A DNA stretch of 43,467 nt from Candidatus Komeilibacteria bacterium (GCA_018656655.1 JABHYW010000035.1:1-43467), one strand, 5' to 3'; numbered from the stretch's first letter, positions 29,281 to 38,882 are shown. The notes: generated by a model not told the origin, from the letters alone. Numbers and translations: made by a program.

Positions 29281-32064
29281 TTATTTACCGTGACAATTTT
29301 TATACTTAATCGGTTTGCCATTAGCTTTTTTAGCTCCGCAGTAACAAGGATCATTACGACCAATACGTTTACCAGCTTTATCAGTTGGCTTATTAGAAGT
29401 TGCAACATTAGCAGCGGAACGATTAGCTACTTGTTTTTGGAAAGGTTGATAACCTTGTTTTTGTTCTTCAAAAACCTTTTGACTCTCCCCTGGACGAGGT
29501 GTATTAGAGCTATTGCCTACAGTATTTCTCTTCAAACTAACTTTAAAAACAGAATAAACTATTTGTTTACGAATAGAGTCTAAAAGTTGATTAAATAGGT
29601 TAAAAGATTCACGTTTATATTCTATCAAAGGATCTCTTTGACCATAACCTTGCAGGCCAATACCAGTACGGAGCTTATCCATAGCAGTTAGATGTTCTAC
29701 CCATAAAGTATCAATACTCTTTAAAACAATACTACGTTCAATAATCTGCATTGGTGTCCAAGTGTCACTTTCTAATTTTACGTTGGCATTTATGTCATCT
29801 GTTAATTTGAGATATTTATCTTTAGCAATGGAATGAAGATATTCAATAACCTTATCTCTATTATCATGAGAATTACTTTTTCCATTTTGGCTTAATAATT
29901 CTTTTATTTTTGTTTCTTCTTCAGATTCTAAAGCGAAAATTGATTTAAGTGTTTCTAATATTTCCTTTGGATCAAAATCACCAGTATTTTTTTCGCCCAA
30001 AGTATGGAATGAGACTACATTTTCAATTTCTTGATTAACATATTCCAAAACTGTGTCTTGAGAAGTTTTAGTGCTTTCATGTTCTTTATCAGAAAATATT
30101 TCAAGTAATTGTTGGCGAGAGCCATAAACTACTTGGCGATGTTTATTTATTACATCATCATATTCTACTAAGTGTTTTCTAATATCAAAGTTATGTCCTT
30201 CTACTTTCTTTTGAGCAGATTCTATAGAATTAGAGATGATTTTATTTTCTATAGGCATATCTTCAGCAATACCCAACCTATCCATCATATTTTTCATACG
30301 ATCTGAACCAAAAATACGCATCAAATCGTCTTCCATGGAAATATAAAATTGAGATGAACCAATATCACCTTGACGTCCACTACGACCACGGAGCTGGTTA
30401 TCTATACGACGTGATTCATGTCGTTCTGTACCTAAAACATGTAAACCACCTAAGTCAATAATTTCAGCACATTTAGTTTTATCCATTGGTGAACCACCTA
30501 AAATAATATCTACACCACGACCAGCCATATTGGTAGCTACTGTAACTGCGCCTTTACGACCAGCTTGAGATATAATTTCAGCTTCTTTCTCATGGAATTT
30601 AGCATTCAATAAATTATGAGGAACGCCAGCTTTTTCTAATAGTTTGCCAAGTTCTTCATTTTTATCAATAGAAATTGTACCAACTAAAACTGGTTGACCT
30701 GCTTCATGACGCTCTTGGATTTCACGGACAATTGCTTTTAATTTACCGCGATAAGATTTATAGATTTTATCTCCTTGATCATCTCTAGAAAATGGTTTAT
30801 TGGTTGGTATTACTGTAACGTCTAAATTGTAAATTTTAGCCATTTCCTCTGCTTCAGTAGCTGCAGTACCAGTCATACCACCTAATTTTTTATACATTCG
30901 GAAGTAATTCTGAAATGTTACTGTAGCTAAGGTCATACTTTCTTTTTGTACCTCTACACCCTCTTTAGCTTCAATGGCTTGATGCAAACCTTCACTATAG
31001 CGACGTCCAGGCATCATGCGTCCAGTAAATTCATCAATAATAATTATTTCATTATCTTTAATGACATAATCTTTATCTTTAGCGAATAAAGTTTTAGCTT
31101 TAAGAGCTGATTCTATGTGATGGACTGTTTCCATGCCGTGACTTTCGTAGATATTATCTATACCAAGAGATTTTTCCATTTTAGTAACACCCTCTTCAGT
31201 TAAGGTGCAAGCCTTCATCTTTTCATCAATATTATAATCTTCATTTTCTTTAAGAATTTGAACCATTTGAGCAAATTGACCATAACGATCTGTGGATTGA
31301 TCGGCTGGAGCAGATATAATGAGTGGAGTTCTAGCTTCATCAATTAAAACACTATCAACCTCATCAATTAAAGTATAATGTAAACCACGCTGAACTTGTT
31401 TTTCAGTATCTTGGGTCATATTATCTCTTAGATAATCAAAACCAAATTCATTATTAGTACCATAAGTAATATCAGCCTGATAAGCTTCTTTTCTTTCTGT
31501 AGGGCGAAGATAATCTACATCAATCTTTACTTGAGCTTCTGAATCATCTGAGGAATTAGCATGACTAGGATCATAAATAAAAGCACTATCATGAGCAATA
31601 ACACCCACTTTAAGTCCTAAAAAGTCATAAACTTTAGCCATCCAAACGGCATCACGTTTAGCCAAGTAATCATTGACAGTAATAACATGCACACCTTTGT
31701 CTGATAAAGCATTAAGATAGACAGCCAAGGTTGAAGTAAGAGTTTTACCTTCACCAGTTTTCATTTCAGCGATCTGACCTTGATGTAAGACAATACCACC
31801 TAAAATTTGAACATCATAATGACGCTGTCCTAAAGTACGTTGAGCAGCAACTTTTATAAGAGCAAAAGCCGGCACCAGGACATCGTCCAATTTGGTACCG
31901 TCTTTTATTTGTTTTTTTAAGTTTAAACTTTTTTCTCTGAGTTCGTCGTCGCTGAGTTTGAGAAATTCTTTTTCTTTTTCATTTATAGCATCAACTTGAG
32001 GTTGTAGACTTTTCAAAAATTTTTCATTAGCATCGCCAAACAGCTTATCTAGAAATTTTAACAT
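29281..32064 (-). CDS. secA: Protein translocase subunit SecA
   Basis: MKTGEGKT, DEVDSVLIDEARTPLIIS, ATNMAGRG and RRIDNQLRGRSGRQGD motifs; C-terminal SEC-C (RNDPCYCG...KYKNCHG). Confidence 0.98.
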   Translation of the reverse strand: MLKFLDKLFGDANEKFLKSLQPQVDAINEKEKEFLKLSDDELREKSLNLKKQIKDGTKLDDVLVPAFALIKVAAQRTLGQRHYDVQILGGIVLHQGQIAEMKTGEGKTLTSTLAVYLNALSDKGVHVITVNDYLAKRDAVWMAKVYDFLGLKVGVIAHDSAFIYDPSHANSSDDSEAQVKIDVDYLRPTERKEAYQADITYGTNNEFGFDYLRDNMTQDTEKQVQRGLHYTLIDEVDSVLIDEARTPLIISAPADQSTDRYGQFAQMVQILKENEDYNIDEKMKACTLTEEGVTKMEKSLGIDNIYESHGMETVHHIESALKAKTLFAKDKDYVIKDNEIIIIDEFTGRMMPGRRYSEGLHQAIEAKEGVEVQKESMTLATVTFQNYFRMYKKLGGMTGTAATEAEEMAKIYNLDVTVIPTNKPFSRDDQGDKIYKSYRGKLKAIVREIQERHEAGQPVLVGTISIDKNEELGKLLEKAGVPHNLLNAKFHEKEAEIISQAGRKGAVTVATNMAGRGVDIILGGSPMDKTKCAEIIDLGGLHVLGTERHESRRIDNQLRGRSGRQGDIGSSQFYISMEDDLMRIFGSDRMKNMMDRLGIAEDMPIENKIISNSIESAQKKVEGHNFDIRKHLVEYDDVINKHRQVVYGSRQQLLEIFSDKEHESTKTSQDTVLEYVNQEIENVVSFHTLGEKNTGDFDPKEILETLKSIFALESEEETKIKELLSQNGKSNSHDNRDKVIEYLHSIAKDKYLKLTDDINANVKLESDTWTPMQIIERSIVLKSIDTLWVEHLTAMDKLRTGIGLQGYGQRDPLIEYKRESFNLFNQLLDSIRKQIVYSVFKVSLKRNTVGNSSNTPRPGESQKVFEEQKQGYQPFQKQVANRSAANVATSNKPTDKAGKRIGRNDPCYCGAKKANGKPIKYKNCHGK

Positions 32065-32073
32065 AGAGGTATT

Positions 32074-32433
32074 CTAATCTTCCTTTTTCCAAAATTTTAA
32101 GGATTTAAATTTTTTAATATTTCTTCTGAGTTTACTAAGTCTTTTATCTTTATTTTTAACTAATAAACGAGCCAGTTTTTCTTGAACGTTATCTACTGCC
32201 GCTCTAGCGTCACTGTCTTCTTCTTTTACAAAGATTGATTTTTTATCTGCTAAATTTAATTTAACTTCTACTGTATAAACATCTCCTTTATTATGACGCT
32301 GATCTCTTTTTAATTTAACTTGAAAATCAAGAACATTTACTTGATATTTATCTAAATTATCAAATCTAGCTTGTAAATATTGTCTAAAAGGTTCCGTTAA
32401 ATCAAAATTTTGGCTATAAATTTGAATCTTCAT
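32074..32433 (-). CDS. hpf: Ribosome hibernation promoting factor (HPF/RaiA)
   Basis: MKIQIYSQNFDLTE...LDKY...AAVD...KL.R.L.K.KDK; directly upstream of secA, a conserved arrangement. Confidence 0.85.
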   Translation of the reverse strand: MKIQIYSQNFDLTEPFRQYLQARFDNLDKYQVNVLDFQVKLKRDQRHNKGDVYTVEVKLNLADKKSIFVKEEDSDARAAVDNVQEKLARLLVKNKDKRLSKLRRNIKKFKSLKFWKKED

Positions 32434-32629
32434 TGTTTTCTTCCTCTTGATAAGATTTATTATCCACTACTTTTTTAACAATTAAAATTACTATTAATAA
32501 TAGTGCTCCGCCGGCTAACATCAAAAATGTTTTATCTTGATAAAAAGGCATAGTTTCTGCTAATACTTCTTCTTGAGCTTGAGCAACATTAGCTAATAAT
32601 AGCGCACTAAAAATAAATGTTTTTTTCAT
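32414..32629 (-). CDS. Small membrane protein (signal peptide plus one TM)
   Basis: 71 aa; AQA cleavage-like motif and hydrophobic C-terminal helix; overlaps hpf start. Confidence 0.65.
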   Translation of the reverse strand: MKKTFIFSALLLANVAQAQEEVLAETMPFYQDKTFLMLAGGALLLIVILIVKKVVDNKSYQEEENNEDSNL

Positions 32630-32636
32630 AGTTTTG

Positions 32637-32664
32637 TTGTTTACTCCGCCTTTGGCGGATAATT
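32637..32664 (-). repeat. Short palindromic repeat, family B (copy 2)
   Basis: Reverse complement AATTATCCGCCAAAGGCGGAGTAAACAA. Confidence 0.8.
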
Positions 32665-32705
32665 ATTTATATATTAAATGTACCAAATTTAGCAGCTTAT
32701 CGCAA

Positions 32706-34457
32706 TTATTCTAAAACTGCTTTGATACGTCTAATTCCAGCTGAGGAAGATTGTTCTTTTTTGATGCGGAAATGCCCTAATTTATTAGTGTTATCTACAT
32801 GAGGACCACCGCAAATTTCATTAGAAAATAAACCAATCTTATATACTTTTATTTTTTCTCCATATTTTTTATCAAATAGACCAATTGCACCCTGTTCTTT
32901 AGCTTGAGCTACAGACATTTCTTCATAACGTACCTCTAAACCAAATTTAATTTGTTCGTTTACAATGTCCTCTACTTTTTTCTTTTCTTCTGGAGTCATA
33001 GCTTGAGGATGAGTAAAGTCAAAACGTAAGCGTTGTTCATTGATATTGCTACCGCGTTGTTCTACATGATCACCTAAGACATCTTTCAGAGCTTGGTGAA
33101 GTAAATGAGTAGTAGTGTGATATTTAGTAGCCATCTCACCATCATCAGCTAATCCGCCTTTAAACATTCCAGCGCTAGCAGTTCTAGATAGTTCTTGATG
33201 TTTTTTAAACTCAGCTTCAAATTCTTCTTTGTTTATTTTAATATTATTTTCTTGAGCCAATTCTTCGGTCATTTCTAGTGGGAAACCATAAGTAGAAAAT
33301 AATATAAAAGCAGCTTTACCATCAATATTTTTTTGTTTAGCAAATTCTTTAAGGCCTTTAGTCAAAGTCTTACTAAATTTTTCTTCTTCTTTTTGTAATT
33401 CTGTGCGTATAAAATTTTCATTTCTTTCTAATTCAGGATAATCCATACAATAACCAGAAATAAAAAGTGCTCCTAAACTAGCTATATAACCATCATCTAT
33501 GTTAATTTTTTTAGCAAATCTAATAGCTCTTCTGATTAATCTACGTAAAACATAACCTTGATCTTTATTAGATGGTGCTATGCCTCTAGGATCACCCATC
33601 ATAAATACGGCTGACCTGATATGATCGGCTACTATACGGAAAGATTTTTTGTCCTCTTTGTATTTTTTATCAGATAATTTTTCTAGTTGTTTTATAATTG
33701 GCTGCCAAAGTTCTGTTAAATAATTATCATCAAAGCCATTAAGCACGGCTAGAGTTCTTTCAAAACCCATGCCAGTGTCTATATTCTTTTGTTTAAGTGC
33801 TTCGTATTTACCATCAGCAGTTTTATTATACTGCATAATTACATTATTCCAGATTTCTACCCAGCCTTTATCATTTTCATGAAATACTTTTGGAGCTGGG
33901 CCTTTGCCAGTCCAATAAAATATCTCTGTATCTGGACCACAAGGACCAGTCTGTCCAGCTGGACCCCACCAATTTTCTTTTATTTTTTCTATCCTATCTT
34001 GGGCTAGGCCTAAATCTAACCAATATTTTTCTGATTCATGATCATACTCTTGTACATCTTGATTGCCTCCAAAAATAGATACAGCTAATTTTTCTTTATC
34101 TAGTTTTAATACTTCAGTTAAAAATTCCCAAGAATATTTAATAGTCTCTTCTTTGAAATAATCACCCAATGACCAATTGCCAAGCATTTCAAAAAAAGTA
34201 TGATGAGTAGCATCCCCTACTTCGTCTATATCGCCAGTTCTAACACATTTTTGGACATTTACCAGCCGTTGACCTTCAGGGTGTTTTTCGCCAACTAAGT
34301 AAGGCACTAAAGGATGCATTCCCGCTGTAGTAAATAAAACCGTTGGATCATTTTCTGGAATTAAAGAAGCAGAGCTAATCAAGGAGTGATTTTGGCTCTG
34401 AAAATATTCAAAAAAGCTATTTTTTAATTCTTGTGATGTCATATTATTATAATTCAA
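32706..34457 (-). CDS. alaS: Alanine--tRNA ligase (short form, no C-Ala domain)
   Basis: LFTTAGM, HHTFFEMLGNWS.GDYFK, IDTGMGFER, HTTTHLL, CGGPHV and GIRRIKA motifs. Confidence 0.97.
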   Translation of the reverse strand: MNYNNMTSQELKNSFFEYFQSQNHSLISSASLIPENDPTVLFTTAGMHPLVPYLVGEKHPEGQRLVNVQKCVRTGDIDEVGDATHHTFFEMLGNWSLGDYFKEETIKYSWEFLTEVLKLDKEKLAVSIFGGNQDVQEYDHESEKYWLDLGLAQDRIEKIKENWWGPAGQTGPCGPDTEIFYWTGKGPAPKVFHENDKGWVEIWNNVIMQYNKTADGKYEALKQKNIDTGMGFERTLAVLNGFDDNYLTELWQPIIKQLEKLSDKKYKEDKKSFRIVADHIRSAVFMMGDPRGIAPSNKDQGYVLRRLIRRAIRFAKKINIDDGYIASLGALFISGYCMDYPELERNENFIRTELQKEEEKFSKTLTKGLKEFAKQKNIDGKAAFILFSTYGFPLEMTEELAQENNIKINKEEFEAEFKKHQELSRTASAGMFKGGLADDGEMATKYHTTTHLLHQALKDVLGDHVEQRGSNINEQRLRFDFTHPQAMTPEEKKKVEDIVNEQIKFGLEVRYEEMSVAQAKEQGAIGLFDKKYGEKIKVYKIGLFSNEICGGPHVDNTNKLGHFRIKKEQSSSAGIRRIKAVLE

Positions 34458-34508
34458 AAAATTTACTGTTTTTACAGTAAATCTGTATATATTTTAGTAA
34501 ATTTTAGC

Positions 34509-35075
34509 TTAAAAGTCAAGTATTTCTCCTCCCCAAATTACTTCTGTAATTTGTTGATTTTCAAAATTTATTGTTATAGTTTTAAAATAATTTTCTACAT
34601 TCTCTATTTCATAAACTAATTCTACAAACCAACAATTTTCACAGTCATTGGAGCTGGCATTAATTATTATTAAATTAAAACCATTGTCTTCACTATATTT
34701 AGGATGATTCAATACAAAATTTTCTGCAAGATCAGCTGAAGTATTTAAATGTCCTATTTCATCTGTTTTTAAAGCCTCTTCATCAATAAGTGTTGGAGAT
34801 GAACCTTCTGGAGTAAATTCATGATCAACCAGATCCTCCATCTCATCCTGATTATTAATTTCAAGATTTTCTACTTGGTTTGAATTATCAATTGGTTCTA
34901 CCTCGTTAGCTTCCTCAAATTTGTCATTTGGTTTTATAATATTCTTTACTTCTTGAGTAATTTGTTCAAAGACCTCTAGCTTAACAAACTCTTTTTTAGG
35001 ACTTAACAAATAAGCTCCAGTTATTAACAAGACTAATATAATTAAGAAAAAAGAAAAGATTTTTATTTTAGACAT
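34509..35075 (-). CDS. Hypothetical membrane-anchored acidic protein
   Basis: N-terminal TM, acidic linker, C-terminal CENCW domain; start at MSKIK preferred (ORF track 35105). Confidence 0.65.
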   Translation of the reverse strand: MSKIKIFSFFLIILVLLITGAYLLSPKKEFVKLEVFEQITQEVKNIIKPNDKFEEANEVEPIDNSNQVENLEINNQDEMEDLVDHEFTPEGSSPTLIDEEALKTDEIGHLNTSADLAENFVLNHPKYSEDNGFNLIIINASSNDCENCWFVELVYEIENVENYFKTITINFENQQITEVIWGGEILDF

Positions 35076-35110
35076 AATTTTTAGATTAATATATACATTA
35101 TACATTTTTT

Positions 35111-35389
35111 AAAGGAAAAGCCCAAGTTTAAAAACCTGGGCTGTTATCAAGGGGTAACTACTGTGCATGGACAATATGGACAATTAAAGTTTAATTGGGT
35201 TTGCTCAGAATTGAGTTGTTTTAATTTAACATTATTTACGACTTCCCTGAAAGTAAGTCGTTACTTGAACTTACGCCCATTACAATAGTAGTTACCCCCA
35301 CTGGTCGTGTAATTTCCCTACAAACTACCTTATTTTTTTGCTGTTAGAAATATCCTACGACCAAAATATCTTGAAAATGATCTAATTAC
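35111..35389 (-). ncRNA. Candidate large structured RNA (~280 nt)
   Basis: Promoter TTGACA (35425-35420), 18 bp, TATTAT; perfect 12-bp stem 35151-35162/35287-35298; stems 35302-35308/35357-35363 and 35238-35244/35255-35261; terminator hairpin 35119-35142; no sizeable ORF. Confidence 0.6.
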
Positions 35390-35512
35390 TATTTAATAAT
35401 AGAACAAAAATAGCTTAATTGTCAATTTTTTGGCTAAATTACCTACAAATCTAAGCTTATAAAACTATCTCTTTTATGCTACAATTATGCTAATATATTT
35501 TTAAATAAACTC

Positions 35513-36013
35513 ATGAGAGTACCAATTAGAAAAGGCGGTAAATTTACCCATATCAAATCTGATCCTTATATGACTCAGACTAAATTTGATGAACTTGCCA
35601 AGAATTTAGCTAGACTAAAAAAAGATGTTCAGCCTGAATTAGCCAAGGAAGTAAAAAGATTGGCCCTAATGGGTGATTTTTCTGAAAACGCAGCCTATCA
35701 AATAGCCAAAGGTAGATTGCGTAGTGTAAATTATAAAATGGAAAAAATTACTAAAGAAATTGCTGGTGCTAATATTATCAAAGAAAATAAAAATAGTCAG
35801 ATTGTTAGTATTGGACATCGAGTAACTATCAAGTCGGCCAAAGAAACAAAAGAGTATCGTATCTTAGGCTCATCGGAAACTAATCCCGCCAAAGGAACAA
35901 TCTCACATCAGTCTCCTCTTGGCTTAGCGCTCTTACATAAGCCTCTAGGAGCGACTGTAGAGCTTAAACTAGACAATATAGTAGTTAAGTATGAGATAAT
36001 AAAGATAGCCTAA
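35513..36013 (+). CDS. greA: Transcription elongation factor GreA
   Basis: GDFSENAAYQIAK, V.IG..V and ISHQSPLGLALL motifs. Confidence 0.93.
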   Translation: MRVPIRKGGKFTHIKSDPYMTQTKFDELAKNLARLKKDVQPELAKEVKRLALMGDFSENAAYQIAKGRLRSVNYKMEKITKEIAGANIIKENKNSQIVSIGHRVTIKSAKETKEYRILGSSETNPAKGTISHQSPLGLALLHKPLGATVELKLDNIVVKYEIIKIA

Positions 36014-36040
36014 AAAAACCGCCTACTTAGCGGTTTTTTT
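36012..36040. terminator. Bidirectional terminator between greA and the small basic ORF
   Basis: AAAAAAACCGC-loop-GCGGTTTTTTT. Confidence 0.75.
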
Positions 36041-36157
36041 ATTTAGTTTTTTGTTTGCTTTGGCTTCGAGCATCACTCTCTTTGCTTCTAGTCTTTTTGG
36101 TGTTTTCTTAGAGCGAGATTTTTGTACTCTACCAACAGCATGTCTTCTTTTAGCCAT
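36023..36157 (-). CDS. Small very basic protein (44 aa), not in the ORF track
   Basis: MAKRRHAVGRVQKSRSKKTPKRLEAKRVMLEAKANKKLNKKTAK*; fills the intergenic gap, TATACT upstream, ends in the terminator. Confidence 0.65.
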   Translation of the reverse strand: MAKRRHAVGRVQKSRSKKTPKRLEAKRVMLEAKANKKLNKKTAK

Positions 36158-36233
36158 ATAGGTATTATTTATATTAATTACAGAAGTATATTAGCTGATT
36201 TTACTAATAAAATCAAGGCTTAGGGCTTATTAG

Positions 36234-36434
36234 TTATAATAAACCAGAATAAGCTCCAGAAAAAGTAGCTATTATAGTAGGCCAAGCAATTATTAGGATA
36301 ATAAGTGGTATTACAAATAATAACACGCTCAAAACCACGCTCCAGAGAAACATCTTTTTGGCTGCATTTGTAATCTTATAAATCTCATTTACTTTGAGTT
36401 CCAGCTCCTCTATTTTTTTGTATAATTGTTCATC
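36234..36434 (-). CDS. Small single-pass membrane protein
   Basis: Short coiled N-terminus then a long hydrophobic helix. Confidence 0.65.
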   Translation of the reverse strand, partial: DEQLYKKIEELELKVNEIYKITNAAKKMFLWSVVLSVLLFVIPLIILIIAWPTIIATFSGAYSGLL

Positions 36435-36652
36435 CATTACGTTGATATGGGACTTAAGTTTAATAATATTTTATACTAAAACAAGTTCTTTCTTTGCCTT
36501 ATGTGTATTTCTACACTCACTGCAATATTGTAGTTGATCTTTTTTTTGAGCATTTTGAGTAATTTCAAATAATTTGATAGAAAGTGGTGTAGCCACAGAA
36601 GAGGACGGCGATTTACGTCTAGCAATGTAATTAAAAGAAATAAAATGCTGTT

Positions 36653-36684
36653 TAAAAATCACCTTAACTGGTGATTTTTTGTTT
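36653..36684 (+). repeat. 32-bp terminator-like direct repeat, copy 1
   Basis: TAAAAATCACCTTAACTGGTGATTTTTTGTTT; 31/32 identical to 37944-37975. Confidence 0.85.
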
Positions 36685-36846
36685 GTTTAGCTAGAACATC
36701 CTCTATGTTGCAGTTATCAATAAAAATGCCGGACACTATCTACTATCAGAACTTATTTTAGGGATGGTTTTGAGGAGTTTTTTATACCTGATTTACAGAT
36801 AGACTAATATTAGTTATGCTTATAACATAAATGATTAATAAAAAAT

Positions 36847-37494
36847 ATGCCTGAATTTAAAGAACCTGCTATATCCTCAGCTAATCAGATGGGGCAAGGA
36901 AAGTGTAATAAAACAGAACAAGAGCCTAAGATTGTCATAAAAAAATCTAGTGAAGCTCCTCCAGAAGTAAAAGCTAACCCCTTCTATGATGCAGAGTGGT
37001 GGGGACGAGCAAATTCTCCTGATGATATATATCTGCCAGACTCTGATGAGGCCCTATCTTTTGCAATTGCTGCACACGAAATTGGCCATCTAATAGCGCG
37101 GGGGAAACGACTTGATACTGGTATAGACAATTTTGAAGCTACACTTGCCGAAGAACAAAGAGCCTGGGATATGGGTTGGGAATATATACAAAAATATCTT
37201 GGTGAATATTACGAAGACTCTCCAGAAGTAATCCCGACCATCGAACAAGCATTTCAAGAAATACGAAATATTCTAATGCAAATAACTAAACTGAGCGAAA
37301 GTATGTACTCTGGCCCTGGCTCCTTGGAAGAAAAAAGAGAACTGCTTTTATCCGAAAACGGAGAAGACATTAGAAAACTTATTGAAGATATGAAAAAAGA
37401 AAAAATTAACTTAAAGCCTGAATGGGACAGATTTACTACTATTGTAGAAAAAGCTGTAAAAGATATAATTTCTGATAATGTAACGCAAAAATAA
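36847..37494 (+). CDS. Hypothetical protein with HExxH zinc-metallopeptidase-like motif
   Basis: AAHEIGH followed ~20 aa later by EEQRAW. Confidence 0.6.
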   Translation: MPEFKEPAISSANQMGQGKCNKTEQEPKIVIKKSSEAPPEVKANPFYDAEWWGRANSPDDIYLPDSDEALSFAIAAHEIGHLIARGKRLDTGIDNFEATLAEEQRAWDMGWEYIQKYLGEYYEDSPEVIPTIEQAFQEIRNILMQITKLSESMYSGPGSLEEKRELLLSENGEDIRKLIEDMKKEKINLKPEWDRFTTIVEKAVKDIISDNVTQK

Positions 37495-37551
37495 AAACAA
37501 CTTAATTAGCTATGATAAGTACAATTAATAAAAATTTATTTTCTAAATTAT

Positions 37552-37929
37552 ATGAGTGAAAAAAAATTAAAAAGAGGAATATATTCTGACATAAAAGTAA
37601 TAGATTTAGGTAACAAAGAATTAATTTTTGTAGCAGGACAAATTGCTAGAGATAAAAATGGAGCAATAGCCCCAGATAATATAGAAGTACAGACTGAATT
37701 TATTTTTCAATCTATTAGCAAAATTTTAAAAGGAGCTGGCTCTTCTTTAGATGACGTAGTTAAAGCAGTAATTTATTTAACAAATATAGAAAACTTCTTA
37801 AAGATTTCAAAAGTTAGAGATAAGTACTTCGAAAAAGCAAAGCCTGTAAGTACTCTAGTAGAAATTGGAGCTACAACCAGGCCAGGATGTAATATCGAAA
37901 TAGAAGTGACAGCTGTTAGAAAAAAATAA
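37552..37929 (+). CDS. Rid (YjgF/YER057c/UK114) family protein
   Basis: IFVAGQIA, L..AGSSLDDVVK and IEIEVTAV motifs; PVST instead of the RidA PAR motif. Confidence 0.9.
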   Translation: MSEKKLKRGIYSDIKVIDLGNKELIFVAGQIARDKNGAIAPDNIEVQTEFIFQSISKILKGAGSSLDDVVKAVIYLTNIENFLKISKVRDKYFEKAKPVSTLVEIGATTRPGCNIEIEVTAVRKK

Positions 37930-37943
37930 AACATTTTTAAAAA

Positions 37944-37975
37944 TAAAAATCACCTTAACTGGTGGTTTTTTGTTT
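37944..37975 (+). repeat. 32-bp terminator-like direct repeat, copy 2
   Basis: TAAAAATCACCTTAACTGGTGGTTTTTTGTTT directly after the Rid gene stop. Confidence 0.85.
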
Positions 37976-38037
37976 ATTAATTCGATTCCCCTCAGGGTTA
38001 AATAAAAAAATAACACTAATATTAGTGTTAAATTTTC

Positions 38038-38115
38038 TAGAACTCCTTACGCCTGCCCTGAGCAAAATCCTGAGTTTATCAAAGGATGAGTCGAATGGGG
38101 AACCTTGGTTATAAA
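38038..38115. repeat. Cassette-boundary repeat R1
   Basis: TAGAACTCCTTACGCCTGCCCTGAGCAAAATCCTGAGTTTATCAAAGGATGAGTCGAATGGGGAACCTTGGTTATAAA; contains the HAD gene stop. Confidence 0.95.
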
Positions 38116-38738
38116 TTTGTAATATCTATTTCTGCAAAACTACTTACAATATAATCTGCCGGATAATCTTTTCTTTTATCATTAACTAAACCTATGCATT
38201 TCATTCCTGCATTTTTAGCTGCCCGCATACCATTAACACCATCCTCTATAACAATACAATCTTCTGGACTTACTTGTAATTGCCTGGCTGCTTCCAAAAA
38301 AATGTCTGGTGCTGGCTTGCCGTTAGAAACTTCTGTGCCACTTACTTTTACTAAAAAATATTCTTCTATGCCTAGTTCATTCAAAACTAATTTAATAAAT
38401 GGCTTTATAGATGCAGATGCAACCGCCAGTCTATAATCATTATTATAAAGAATCTTAATAAAATCCACAGAACCCGAAATTTCCTTTATTGTACCTTTAG
38501 CTTCTGAAAAAATCATTTCCCACTTTTCTTCGGTGACTTTTTCTAAATCAACTTGTTTTCCAAAATCAGAAAAAACTTTTGGAAAAAATTCTTCATCTGA
38601 AACACCTGCGTACTTTTCGGTTATTTCATCAGCCGATAATTGTATCCCATATTTATTTAACAATTTTTCTTCGTTGTTTGCTTGCAAATTTTGGGTGTCA
38701 GAGATGACACCATCCATATCGAATATAAAAACTTTCAT
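38109..38738 (-). CDS. HAD-superfamily phosphatase (beta-phosphoglucomutase-like)
   Basis: FDMDGVISDT, VAS and GKPAPDIF...IEDGVNG motifs. Confidence 0.93.
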   Translation of the reverse strand: MKVFIFDMDGVISDTQNLQANNEEKLLNKYGIQLSADEITEKYAGVSDEEFFPKVFSDFGKQVDLEKVTEEKWEMIFSEAKGTIKEISGSVDFIKILYNNDYRLAVASASIKPFIKLVLNELGIEEYFLVKVSGTEVSNGKPAPDIFLEAARQLQVSPEDCIVIEDGVNGMRAAKNAGMKCIGLVNDKRKDYPADYIVSSFAEIDITNL

Positions 38739-38741
38739 AAT

Positions 38742-38778
38742 TTAAGTATACAAAAAAACGCCTATAAAGGCGAATTTT
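38742..38778 (-). promoter_or_regulatory. Shared terminator/leaderless-promoter module (HAD cassette)
   Basis: On - strand: CGCC..GGCG hairpin, T-run, TATACT, 6 nt, ATG; 35/37 identical to 39930-39966. Confidence 0.7.
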
Positions 38779-38804
38779 ATTTACAGGTTATAAAACTGTA
38801 CGTT

Positions 38805-38879
38805 TGGAACTCCTTACGCCTGCCCTGAACAAAATCCTGAGTTTATCGAAGGATGAGTCGAATGGGAACCCTGGTTATA
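38805..38879. repeat. Cassette-boundary repeat R2
   Basis: TGGAACTCCTTACGCCTGCCCTGAACAAAATCCTGAGTTTATCGAAGGATGAGTCGAATGGGAACCCTGGTTATA. Confidence 0.95.
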
Positions 38880-38882
38880 CGT

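Noticed and set aside
32706..34457. alaS as a truncated pseudogene
   Set aside because: Aminoacylation and editing motifs are intact and the ORF ends cleanly after the editing domain; short AlaS forms occur in reduced genomes
35111..35389. T-box riboswitch for alaS, tmRNA or RNase P RNA
   Set aside because: No T-box GGTGGNACCGCG motif, no tRNA-like CCA end or tag ORF, no GAGGAAAGUCC; kept only as an unknown RNA candidate
36471..36662. 63-aa ORF with CSEC motif as rpmG or a zinc-finger gene
   Set aside because: Only one CxxC, no L33 signature, and the start lies in the terminator-like repeat; may be a decayed fragment
37981..37998. tRNA gene or tRNA 3' fragment (TTCGATTCCCCTCAGG; array repeat also ends in CCA on the - strand)
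   Set aside because: No cloverleaf can be built upstream, and the array repeat lacks a TTCG T-loop; too short to support
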